Assembly: GCA_945898055.1 (NCBI GenBank)
Contig: CAMDGV010000002.1
Span: forward strand, 41,666-105,665
Origin: Akkermansia muciniphila
GTDB taxonomy: Bacteria; Verrucomicrobiota; Verrucomicrobiia; Limisphaerales; UBA9464
Length of the DNA: 64,000 nucleotides
Reading direction: 5' to 3'
Under the pieces are notes generated by a model. It was not told the DNA's origin. It was given only the letters and a program-made list of their open reading frames with translations, and did no database searches. Below, piece by piece: positions 9,764 to 19,282 of this stretch (positions are counted from its first letter, which is position 1; the number at the start of each line of letters is the position of its first letter). A program made the translations under genes and the position numbers.

Positions 9764-10839
9764 TTCTCGGCCCTCCCAGCCAACCTCGGACGAGGCCCGC
9801 GCGTCTTGATGAGGATGCGGTAGAGACTTTTGTCGATGGTGACATAGAGCCGGTTACTTTCTTCACCGCTGCCGAACTCGACGTTGGCTGGGATGCCTTT
9901 CCAGTCCTCGAAAAGTCCACTCTGGTTAAGGGGACCGGTCGGGAGGAACGCCAACTCCTTACCGGTGGGATCAATCACCAGAATTCCGGGGCGCGCGAGG
10001 CTGCGAACGGCGACGTAGATATTTCCCTTCGTATCGACTCTCATTCCGTCACCGCCGAATTCCTTGCCAAAATCCACCAAGGTCTTGCGCGCGCCATTCA
10101 CTTTTCCCTCCTTATCGAGGGGGAAAGCATAAATTTTCATCGCGCCACGTTTCGGTTCAGGATCGGCGGGGGAAAGCCGATTGCCGCCGTTGTTGTGATC
10201 GATGAGATAGAGAGTCCGTTGATTCGGGCTGAGAGCGAGGCCGTTGGGTTTTTCCACTTCACGAGTAATCTCGATGACAGTGCCATCCTTTTCGACACGG
10301 TAAACAGCTTCGATGGGCAATTCACGCGGTTCGGTGCCACCGTAGCGAGGGTCGGTAAAATAGATTCTTCCTTTGAGATCCACGCAAAGGTCATTCGGTG
10401 AATTGAATCTCTTGGCTTGGTAGCGATCGGCGACGACTTCGCTCTGGCCGGTCTTGAGATTCCAACGCCTGATGGACCGACTGCCGCCGTCGGCACCATC
10501 AGCGGAGAGGATATTTCCATTCGGGTCAAAAGTAAGCCCATTTGACTTGCCTGAGTTGTCAGTGAAGACAGTGGTCTTCCGAGTCTTCGGGTCGAAACGT
10601 AGGATCATGCCGTTGTCTTTGCCGAAGGGCATGTCGGTGAAATAAATGCTTCCGTCTGGGGCGACTGCTGGGCCTTCAGTCAGGCCGCTGTTGAGCGTAA
10701 CCTGGCGGGTGTGCACTAATTCCAGCTTGGCGCCTTTGGGAAAGATCGGATTTTCGGGGAGTTCAGCGGCTTGCGCTGTTTCAGAGTCTGCGATCAGCAC
10801 GGCGACCATGAGGTAAAGTAGGCGTGGGGTTTTGATCAC
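9760..10839 (-). CDS. SMP-30/gluconolactonase/LRE-family beta-propeller, secreted
   Basis: Signal peptide, then EGPAVAPDGSIYFTD, NGLTFDPNGN, PNDLCVDLKGRIYFTDP and PNGLALSPNQRTLYL. It overlaps the downstream NHL gene by 4 nt. Confidence 0.8.
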   Translation of the reverse strand: MIKTPRLLYLMVAVLIADSETAQAAELPENPIFPKGAKLELVHTRQVTLNSGLTEGPAVAPDGSIYFTDMPFGKDNGMILRFDPKTRKTTVFTDNSGKSNGLTFDPNGNILSADGADGGSRSIRRWNLKTGQSEVVADRYQAKRFNSPNDLCVDLKGRIYFTDPRYGGTEPRELPIEAVYRVEKDGTVIEITREVEKPNGLALSPNQRTLYLIDHNNGGNRLSPADPEPKRGAMKIYAFPLDKEGKVNGARKTLVDFGKEFGGDGMRVDTKGNIYVAVRSLARPGILVIDPTGKELAFLPTGPLNQSGLFEDWKGIPANVEFGSGEESNRLYVTIDKSLYRILIKTRGPRPRLAGRAEK

Positions 10840-11094
10840 TAGAGCCTAATTGATTTGAACGGAAGCGAACAGAGGAAACGGAGCTTTAAGACATTGCAAA
10901 AATTTGAGCAAAATTATGGACGTGTTCGCTTGTTACAAAATGTTTCAACGTCTGGAAGAATCAGGAGGCGGTTGCATCAACGGCAGTAATTTCCGGTGAA
11001 CTTTTAATAGCGGGGAGATTGGTAGAGATTTTCTGGCGCATTTTCCCAAAGGAGCGGATGACCTAAAGGCTCTTCTGAATCGCCTGCGGACCGT

Positions 11095-11345
11095 TCAGGA
11101 CGTTGCCCCCTGAAGTGTCGTGCTCGGTGGAGGCAGCAAGGCGTTTGCAAAATTTAATAGGCCTAAGGATGTTATTGTTTGTGATCGTCTGGAAATCTTA
11201 TCGCGGGTCTGAGAACAGGGGAATCCCGTTAGAAAACGGTTGAGGTTGTGGTTTACCGCCTGATTCAACGCAGGACTTTCAACACCCAAAAGGCGAGTCA
11301 AGTCCGCATCCATCCACACTCAATGGTTGCGAGAGTGAGAATGCG
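11095..11345 (-). pseudogene. ORF6N (KilA-N-related) domain remnant, frameshifted
   Basis: The ORF reads VWMDADLTRLLGVESPALNQAVNHNLNRF...RSQTITS, which resembles the ORF6N consensus VMLDsDLAeLYgVetk.LNqaVkRN.eRFP.dF.F.Lt...lrSQi.TS. A TGA lies immediately upstream. The preceding conserved-looking stretch (KLRILTLATIE) is in a different frame. Confidence 0.45.
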
Positions 11346-11467
11346 GAGTTTGGAAATCACAGACTCAATGTCGGACTTGGTTTCAAGGCGCTCTGAATTT
11401 ATAACGCGCCTGCTGGACGACGTCTGTCAGGACGCCACCAAAAGCTGAAGTGCTTGGAGCGCCTTCT

Positions 11468-12922
11468 TTATGCTAATATCTCCTTCACGATTCGAGCTTC
11501 GTTCACCCCGGTTAGTTTTTCTTTGAGCCCATGCTCGTCCACGTATAATTCGTCGTGTTGCAGTCCCATCAAGTGGAGCAGCGTGGCATGCCAGTCCGGA
11601 ACACTGACACGATTCTCGACGGCAGCCAATCCGAGCTCATCTGTGGCCCCATACGTTGTGCCACCCTTCACGCCGCCTCCGGCCAACCAGGAACAAAAGG
11701 CATTTTTGTTGTGATCGCGTCCGGCTTTTTTCTCATCCTTGTCTGCTGGGAGTTGAGCGATGGGCAACCGTCCAAACTCACCGCCCCAGATCACCAGCGT
11801 CTCATCTAAGAGCCCACGTTGCTTAAGATCCTTAAGTAATCCGGCAATCGGCAGGTCGGTACGATCACATGCGGCCTTCATATCTTTAGCTAGGCCCGTA
11901 TGATTGTCCCAAATTTGACCGTTAATATAGAGCTGTACAAAGCGGACCCCACGCTCCACCAGTCTTCGGGCAAACAAACACCGCCGGCCGTAGGAGTCCG
12001 TGGGATCGCGACCGATGCCATACATTTCCAGAGTCTGCGGGCTTTCCCGAGAAATGTCCAAGGCGTCGGTCGCCGACACCTGCATACGGGCGGCTAATTC
12101 GTAACTGGCGATGCGGGCGTCAAGCTTTGACTGGCTGGGCCGTTGCCGTTTGTGCAGGTGATCGAGCCGGTTCAGCAGAGCACGCTGCATCTGAACAATT
12201 TCTGGGGGATCTTGGAGTTCAGGTCTCAGGTTGAGCACGGGCGAGCCACTGGAGCGAAAACGCGTGCCTTGGTAGAGCGGCGGCAGGAAGCCCGCCTGCC
12301 AGTTCTCCACCCCATTTACGGGCAGCCCCAGTGGATCGTCGAGCACGACGTAGGCTGGCAAATTTTCACAGTCGCTTCCTAACCCGTATACCACCCACGA
12401 ACCGAACGTCGGATGCCCGGTAATCATCCTCCCGGTTTGAATCAAATACACTGCAGGTTCGTGCGTAATGTTCGTGGTGTAGAGGGAACGAACGAGCGCG
12501 ATGTCATCGACCTGCCGCGTCAGATGGGGCAATGCGTCCGAAACCCACATGCCGCACTGGCCGTGTTGAGCGAATTTGAAAGGACTGCGCATGAGCGCGC
12601 CGGCGTCCTTGATGTTCTCGATCTCTCCCGCAATCTTGTTGGAGTAAGGCTCGCCGTGATGCATATCGAGTGCGGGCTTCGGATCGAATAAATCCATCTG
12701 GCTCGGCCCACCATTCATGAACAGGTGGATCACGGATTTCGCCTTGGCCGGAGCGTGCGGCGGTTGGGGAAGCAAGCTGAGAACGGCGCGATTCTCGTCG
12801 GCTAAAAGATTCTGGCCGAACAAGTGAATGAGAGCAGCACCTTGAATGCCGGTGCCCATGTGTTTGAAAAAACTCCGTCGGGTGACCGGGTGGAAATTTG
12901 TCGGCATGGTTTCAATTCGCAT
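11468..12922 (-). CDS. DUF1501 domain protein (sulfatase-like, Tat signal)
   Basis: 484 aa. N-terminal RRSFFKHMGTG twin-arginine region, GGPSQMDLFDPKP, and a C-terminal WGGEFGR...GRDHN. It lies immediately downstream of a DUF1553 gene, which is the usual pairing. Confidence 0.85.
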   Translation of the reverse strand: MRIETMPTNFHPVTRRSFFKHMGTGIQGAALIHLFGQNLLADENRAVLSLLPQPPHAPAKAKSVIHLFMNGGPSQMDLFDPKPALDMHHGEPYSNKIAGEIENIKDAGALMRSPFKFAQHGQCGMWVSDALPHLTRQVDDIALVRSLYTTNITHEPAVYLIQTGRMITGHPTFGSWVVYGLGSDCENLPAYVVLDDPLGLPVNGVENWQAGFLPPLYQGTRFRSSGSPVLNLRPELQDPPEIVQMQRALLNRLDHLHKRQRPSQSKLDARIASYELAARMQVSATDALDISRESPQTLEMYGIGRDPTDSYGRRCLFARRLVERGVRFVQLYINGQIWDNHTGLAKDMKAACDRTDLPIAGLLKDLKQRGLLDETLVIWGGEFGRLPIAQLPADKDEKKAGRDHNKNAFCSWLAGGGVKGGTTYGATDELGLAAVENRVSVPDWHATLLHLMGLQHDELYVDEHGLKEKLTGVNEARIVKEILA

Positions 12923-12930
12923 TGGTTACC

Positions 12931-15489
12931 TTAATCAATGTACAAAAAGACAGCTGAGTTCATCACCGTGTGGCAGACCGTCGTCAACGCCTTTCGTGTC
13001 GCTTCTAAGTTCGATGGCTTGCCCGATACGATCAACTGCTTGGTCCATTGTTCCGTCAACCCCGTCAGTATTTGCAGACAGGCTTCCTGTTCCTCGGCGC
13101 TGGGAGGCCGACTCACCGCCGTCCAATAGATATAGTGCACTTGCCGCGTCGGTTGATCTCCTGCGGCCCGAAGCACTCGATCTGCGAATCGCGCGGCCAT
13201 CTCTCTCACCGCTGTGTCATTGAGAAGGTGCAGGGCCTGCGGTGCGACGAGCGATTCGCTCCGCTGCAAACAATTTGGATTCATGGCGGGCAAATCGAAA
13301 CTTTCCAGCAAAGAAGCTGGCTGCTTGCGTAACTGCTGGACATAGACACTGCGTCGCTTGCCGGCCAAGACTAATCCATCCGGGCGGGTTTTGACCGGTT
13401 CGGCGGGACCAAAGCGAGTTTCATCGAGCTGACCAGCAATCCATAGGAGCGAATCGCGCAGTTCCTCCGCTTCCATCCTTCGTAGAGGCATCCGTGATAA
13501 GAGGCGGTTGCCTGTATCAAGCTGTTCTCCGCGCGGTGCGACCGTTGACGCTTGACGATAAGTGTTTGATGTCATCATCAACCGATGCATCGATTTTATG
13601 CTCCATCCCTGACCGACAAATTCTCGAGCGAGCCAATCGAGGAGCTCTGGGTGGGTCGGTTTATCTCCCATTTTTCCAAAATTGCCAGAACTACGAACGA
13701 GGCCGTGACCGAAGTGGTGGTTCCAAATCCGATTTACCATGACGCGCGCCGTCAACGGTTGATTGGGCTGAGTGAGCCAGCGGGCGAAGGCCAGACGCCG
13801 GCCAGTTGATTTCGCATCGGGCCACGGCGGTTTGATCTCGAACGGTGTCTGACCCTCGGTCAGCACGCCAGGCACTCCAGGTTGAACTGGCAGGCCGGCG
13901 GTCAGGTAGTTGCCGCGTCGATAGAGATAAGTCTGGGAAGATTCACCCCGATCCCAGAGAGCCATGATCCGTGGTTCGGGTTGTCGTCGCGCTTCGATCT
14001 CCTTAATTTGCTTTTCGGTGTGAGTCGTTTGAGGGGCTGCCTTCAGTAGGTCTACTTCCTGCTGAATCCCGGCATTGTGTTTTTGCCAACGCTGTCGTTC
14101 GACGGTGGTGACGTAGGGCAAGTACCGTTCGCCGAGTCCGGCACTGAGGGCGCCACCAAAACCATTGAGTTCCGGCTTCAGCCAATCGTGTTCGTCATAA
14201 GCGCCTTTGAAAACAGCCAGAAGGCGAAAGTAATCGCGCTGCGGAATCGGGTCGAATTTGTGATTGTGGCAACGGGCGCACTTGAACGTCAGCCCCATCA
14301 CGCCCGAGCCAAGCACATCGATCGCATCAGCCATGACCTCGAGTCGGTCGGGAACGAAGCCAGTCAAGTTCGCCCACGTCGGGTCGGGCGACATACGAAG
14401 AAACGCGGTTGCGACCAAGTTATCCTCGATTTGCTGGGTGATTTCCGTTGCGTGCTCAGAGTCCGCCAATTCGTCGCCCGCCAGTTGCTCCAACAGAAAA
14501 CGGTCATACGGTTTGTCGTCGTTGAATGAACGAATTACATAATCGCGATAACGCCAAGCAAAGGGTCGGGGAAGATGTTGCTCGCGCCGTCCCTCGCAAT
14601 CGGCGTATCCGGCGACGTCGAGCCAGTGTCTTCCCCAACGCTCGCCGTACCGTGGTGATGAGAGCAGTCGATCAATCAGCCTGACGTAGGCGTCGGGGCT
14701 TTTGTCCGTGAGAAAGGTCTCGGCTTCGGACGCCTCTGGCGGCAATCCAGTCAAATCAAACGTCGCACGGCGCAGGAGCGTGAACCGGTCGGCTTCGGGC
14801 GACAGTGACAAATCTTTCTCCGCCAGCTTTTGTAGCACGAAGGCATCGATGGGATTGTGAACTCGGTCTGAAGGTGTTACCGGAGGAATCTTTGTTGGTT
14901 GTGGTGGGCGAAAAGACCAGAATTCCCGATCTTCTTTACGGATGAGTTTGTCGGCGAGTGAGCCTGCGACATCGGGTTCCTCCAGAACTTCCGGCGCCCC
15001 GAGGACAATCCAACGGGTGAGTTTGACGATTTCATCGGCTTCCATCGGCTTTACCGTTGCTTCAATCAGTCGTGGCTGAGGAGGGCACTCCCCGGCACGA
15101 ATGCGTTTTAACATCAGACTCTCCTCTGGCTTACCGGGAATGAAGGCTGGCCCCAAATTACCTCCGCGCACCATGGACGCACGACTCCGCAAATCCAGCT
15201 TTGCTTCTTGCTTCCGCGCACCGTGGCAAACCGTGCAGCGCAGAAGCAAAATGGGAACGATGTCATGTTGGGTCAGTTCGGGTTGAACCGAGAACGCTGC
15301 CCCAGAATTGTTCTCGTTCGTGCCCCCAGAAGTCTCAGCTAAGGTGGAGTTTTGCCCCGTCGCAACCAACACGAACACGAGGATCAAAAACGGAAGCTGG
15401 AGCGAAAAAAGTGAGAAAATCATGGCAGCGTCACGCGTATCAAAAGGGAGGGTCCGGCTCAGCTTAAAAAATTCACTCTCACGGTTCAC
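12931..15489 (-). CDS. PSCyt (planctomycete cytochrome c) / DUF1549 / DUF1553 protein
   Basis: 852 aa. Heme motif CTVCHG, DUF1549 segment NPIDAFVLQKLAEKDLSLSPEADRFTLLRRATFDLTGLPP...RYGERWGRHWLDVAGYAD, and DUF1553 segments CARCHNHKFDPI and VNRIWNHHFG. Confidence 0.88.
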   Translation of the reverse strand: MNRESEFFKLSRTLPFDTRDAAMIFSLFSLQLPFLILVFVLVATGQNSTLAETSGGTNENNSGAAFSVQPELTQHDIVPILLLRCTVCHGARKQEAKLDLRSRASMVRGGNLGPAFIPGKPEESLMLKRIRAGECPPQPRLIEATVKPMEADEIVKLTRWIVLGAPEVLEEPDVAGSLADKLIRKEDREFWSFRPPQPTKIPPVTPSDRVHNPIDAFVLQKLAEKDLSLSPEADRFTLLRRATFDLTGLPPEASEAETFLTDKSPDAYVRLIDRLLSSPRYGERWGRHWLDVAGYADCEGRREQHLPRPFAWRYRDYVIRSFNDDKPYDRFLLEQLAGDELADSEHATEITQQIEDNLVATAFLRMSPDPTWANLTGFVPDRLEVMADAIDVLGSGVMGLTFKCARCHNHKFDPIPQRDYFRLLAVFKGAYDEHDWLKPELNGFGGALSAGLGERYLPYVTTVERQRWQKHNAGIQQEVDLLKAAPQTTHTEKQIKEIEARRQPEPRIMALWDRGESSQTYLYRRGNYLTAGLPVQPGVPGVLTEGQTPFEIKPPWPDAKSTGRRLAFARWLTQPNQPLTARVMVNRIWNHHFGHGLVRSSGNFGKMGDKPTHPELLDWLAREFVGQGWSIKSMHRLMMTSNTYRQASTVAPRGEQLDTGNRLLSRMPLRRMEAEELRDSLLWIAGQLDETRFGPAEPVKTRPDGLVLAGKRRSVYVQQLRKQPASLLESFDLPAMNPNCLQRSESLVAPQALHLLNDTAVREMAARFADRVLRAAGDQPTRQVHYIYWTAVSRPPSAEEQEACLQILTGLTEQWTKQLIVSGKPSNLEATRKALTTVCHTVMNSAVFLYID

Positions 15490-16056
15490 TCAGACTGGCT
15501 AAAAATCGCTTTCTTGGCGCTAATCAAATTACGGCCGAATAAGTTGCATTCATGAGGATTTAATAGAGTTATTCTGAGTCTAACGTGCGTCAAGTACCCG
15601 TTTGATCGGAAATCTCCCGAGGCAACAAAGAGGAATTTGTTTACTTAGGCTGAAGCTAATGCTCACGTCGACTTACTTGGCATACCTCTAGTCTACCTGC
15701 AGTCCCTTTTCGAACGTTGTTCCTGCGCGAAGAATCAAAAACCCTCGCGACGCGATGGCCCAGTTTGCTGCGGGACTCGGTCATGAAAGGCGAGGTAGAG
15801 AACTCTTGAGGGAGGCTAAAGGATTAGCTCGTGAGAGCCCTTACTGTTTTCTAAAAACACTCCGGAGATCACGGGACAAGTGGCGGGAAGCTCTTCAGCT
15901 TACGGATGGAGCGAGTCTAAGCCTAAGTGGACCCAGTGTTTGGTAATGCATCTTTGAAATCCATAACGGTCTAATTGGGGCTTAAAACGATTCTTTTAAC
16001 CGTCGTGAACGTTCGTTCCACTTTCTTGCCCGCGGCCTTCCGAGTGCTTTGCCTTT

Positions 16057-18074
16057 ATGCCCCCCTTTTTTCTGTGGACAGGGAAGGCGGCAGGGCCGAG
16101 CACAGTCTTTGCGCCAAAGTCCAACCTAGAACATTGGGCATGGAAAGCTCCTCTTCGTCCCACACTTCCTGCGACTCACGATAACCGCAGGCCTAGCACA
16201 ACTATTGATCGTTTTATTATAGAAAAATTAGAATCAGAAGGAGTTAACCCTTCCCCAGAAGCCGGTCGGATTACCCTACTACGAAGGATCCACTTTGATC
16301 TCACCGGGCTCCCACCCACTCCCGAGGAAAGGGATCGTTTTGTTGCCGACCGTTCGTCATCGGCATGGTTACGCACGGTGGATGAACTTTTGGCTTCACA
16401 CCATTTTGGTGAGCGTTGGGGACGGCATTGGCTCGATGCGGCACGCTACGCGGACTCCGACGGCTTTGAAAAAGACAAGCCACGACTGCCACGATTTGTC
16501 TGGGCGTATCGCGATTGGGTTGTGAACGCCTTAAACAACGATCTTCCTTATGATCAATTTATCTTGGAACAAATCGCTGGTGATCAACTAACGGCAGCGA
16601 CTGATTCGCAACGGATCGCCACCGGTTTCCTCCGAAATGCGATGTTGAACGAAGAAGGCGGAGCGGATCCGGAACAGTTTAGGACAGAGGGACTCATTGA
16701 TCGAATGGACTGTATTGGGAAGGCAGTCTTGGGAGTTACAATCCAGTGTGCCCAATGTCATAACCATAAATTTGCCCCCATTTCCTAGGAGGAATAGTAC
16801 CGTCTTTTTGCCTTTCTCAATAACGATCACGAGTCTTCGATGACCGCCTACACACCGAGTGAATAACAACGGCGCGATAGTTTGTCGCGTTAAGTGCGCG
16901 AGATCGAAGAGGGGTTGCGTCGTGCGCTTCCTGATTGGGAGAAATCGATGGTCACTTGGGAAGACACCGGACGCGGGAATCAACCGGCGTGGACCGTGGT
17001 GCGGTTAACTTATCACGGCGAGAATGGGGAACGATTCTACTACTATGAGGATGGATCGATTCGTGCTGCCAGTTATGCACCGACGCAATGGACAGCGCAC
17101 TTTGAGGTCACGAATTTACTGCCTTCGATTGGGGCTTTCCGGCTTGAGCAATTAACCGATCCCAACTTGCCGGCAGGAGGTCCCGGGCGATCCGTGTTGG
17201 GGATGGCTGCTCTCACCGAATTTAAAGTAGAAGCCGAAGATTTAGCCGTGCCGACCAATCGAGTTACGGTGAACTTTTTACGGGCGACAACGGATTTTGA
17301 GAATGTGGAGAAGCCTTTAGAATCGGAGTTTGACGATAAATCAGATTAAAAGCGGACTTATGGGCCTGTGACCTCTGCAATCGACGGAAAAGTGACCACG
17401 GCATGGGGAATTGACGCTGGCCCTGGGCGACGCAATCAGTCTCGAAAAGCTATTTTTGTCGGGGATAAACCGGTCCTTTTCTCTGCTGGAATGCGTTTAA
17501 AGATTGAGTTGAGTCAAAATCATGGAGGGTGGAACTCTGATGATTTGCAGTCCCATAATCTGGGGCGCTTTCGGATTTCGGTAACGCCTACCACCGAAGT
17601 GGTGGCAGACCCATTACCCGCAGGGATACGTCACTGTATTGAGAACATTCCAAGAGACCAACGAACACCCGCGCAGGTTGGCGCAATTTTCAGCTATTGG
17701 CGCACCCTAGAGCCTGAGTTTAAGGAGGCCAATGCGCGTCTAGAAGCCCTCTGGAAACAGTGGCCGGACTGGACCCCTTTGCTTATTTTTCTCGCCGTAC
17801 CGGCAGCGGTCCGGATGAAAAACGGAAGCCTACTTGCCTCTTTAAGCGGGGTGACTGGCTCAAACCGGATCACGAAGTTATCTTTGGCACACCTGCCGTT
17901 CTGCATCCCTTGCCCGCGGATGGTGATGATTCTCGTCTGTCTTTAGCTCGTTGGCTCACCGATCCCCTTTCTCCCACCGCCGCGCGTGTCGCGGTCAATC
18001 GTCTCTGGCAACACTACTTCGGGATTGGATTGGTCGAAACCTCTGAAGACTTTGGTGTCCAATCCGCCAAACCT
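16057..18074 (+). pseudogene. Decayed DUF1549/DUF1553 paralog with in-frame stops and a frameshift, 3'-truncated
   Basis: Homology runs across four ORF pieces (16057-16788, 16894-17349, 17368-17946, 17760-18074). The first piece ends ...TIQCAQCHNHKFAPIS*EE*YRLFAFLNNDHE. The last ends ...VNRLWQHYFGIGLVETSEDFGVQSAKP at 18074, where the intact paralogs continue (T/S)HP(E/D)LLDWLA. Confidence 0.85.
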
Positions 18075-18317
18075 CAGGGCCTGGGAATAATAATCGTCGT
18101 CGTACACGCGGGCCATCTGGAGGCTGACGAAGGGGGCGGCGTGGGCCTCATTGCGGGCGTGGAGCAGACGTGTGGCGTCGTCGTTATTTTTGGTGCCGAG
18201 GGACTGGTGACGGCCGCTCTCGGTGTCCTCGCACCAGAAAGTTTTCCCGCGCCGGAAGAATCGGAATTTTGGCTTCATAACCGGTTTGGTTACAAAGCGT
18301 GGGGCCATTGACCTCAC
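18075..18317 (-). pseudogene. Tyrosine-recombinase (phage-type integrase) N-terminal stub of no more than ~80 aa
   Basis: (MRS)MAPRFVTKPVMKPKFRFFRRGKTFWCEDTESGRHQSLGTKNNDDATRLLHARNEAHAAPFVSLQMARVY... matches the pattern I recall for PVC integrase N-termini: KPKFRLFRR..g.fy.ed..tgkq.SLgT.d...A..ll.AkNEA. The rest of the 124-aa ORF is antisense to the DUF1553 pseudogene. No catalytic domain is present. Confidence 0.5.
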
Positions 18318-19006
18318 CCCCGTTAACGAGTATGCCGCAGGTACATCCGAGTATGCCTCAGGGGTTCGGGAGTAGGCCGTTTACTGACGTTTTTACTGAA
18401 AGTTAACGGTATTTTGGAGGTTGAGCCTCGCAAAACTCTCGAAAACAATAGGAAAACTGATTGGAGGCGAGGGTCGGAATCGGCCAAGGAAATCCAAAGA
18501 ACACCACGAAAATACCCAATGTTTATGGACCTTACAACCACCTTCTGAAACATTCCACTACCTTCCGTTAGATGCCAGATACTGACGATTTTACTGACGG
18601 TGGTTCGCGCTGGTTCGATAAGCCCGTTCACCCCTCTCTGCGGTGACTTCTGAGTCGCTTTTCAGCGCCAGCAGAACTGTCCGAGATGCTCGTCGAAATC
18701 TTGATACGGACCTACAGAATCCGCTTTTCCAAAAGAGCCAATCGACATCGCTATGGAAATTAGGTCGAAATGCAAGACTTGTTGCTCCGAAAACCACGCT
18801 GGATTCCGGTGAATTCCGCTGGAAAATAAACCTTTTTTACAGACTCACTCCTTGTCGGAGGTTTTCAGGATTCCTGCCAACATCTCTCGATGCAACTGCT
18901 GTCCGGCTTCAAGTGGGCTTTAGGCCGGTCGCGTCCAGTGGGCGGATCTGCTCTCTCGGTTGAGCCCTAGGAACTTTCATCCAAATGGCCTGTAACTGGG
19001 GGTGAC

Positions 19007-19261
19007 TCACCGTTGGGCGCACCTCAGTTCCACTCGAAACTTTGGGCTTATCGGGTCTGTCCCCATTTTTTCTTCGGTCACACCTACCTTGACATCCAAG
19101 CCTGGCTGCACTTTAGCTTTAGCATTTACAGCAGCATCTTCTCCCGCCTCCAGCGAAGTCTGCATCGCCGCGACCATTTTTTGCTTCAACAAATCCAGCG
19201 CCCCCTCGGTGGCAGACTTCTGCCGAGGATTCCGTCGCCCAGCGGGAGTTGTCCGGCGCAT
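19007..19261 (-). CDS. Hypothetical 84-aa protein, co-oriented with and 21 nt downstream of csb2
   Basis: The evidence is the ORF only: MRRTTPAGRRNPRQKSATEGALDLLKQKMVAAMQTSLEAGEDAAVNAKAK... I recognise no motif. Confidence 0.3.
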   Translation of the reverse strand: MRRTTPAGRRNPRQKSATEGALDLLKQKMVAAMQTSLEAGEDAAVNAKAKVQPGLDVKVGVTEEKMGTDPISPKFRVELRCAQR

Positions 19262-19282
19262 GGAAGCGTGCCACTCGCGAAC

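Noticed and set aside
17943-18317. 124-aa minus-strand ORF taken as an intact gene
   Set aside because: Only the first ~80 aa look integrase-like. The remainder is the antisense reading of the DUF1553 pseudogene, so I called it a stub rather than a CDS.
18318-19006. Search for a tRNA/tmRNA gene or att site next to the integrase stub
   Set aside because: I saw no cloverleaf-compatible sequence and no T-arm consensus (GGTTCGAATCC-like). The integrase is also truncated by deletion, so the original attachment site may be gone. A tRNAscan/ARAGORN run would settle this.
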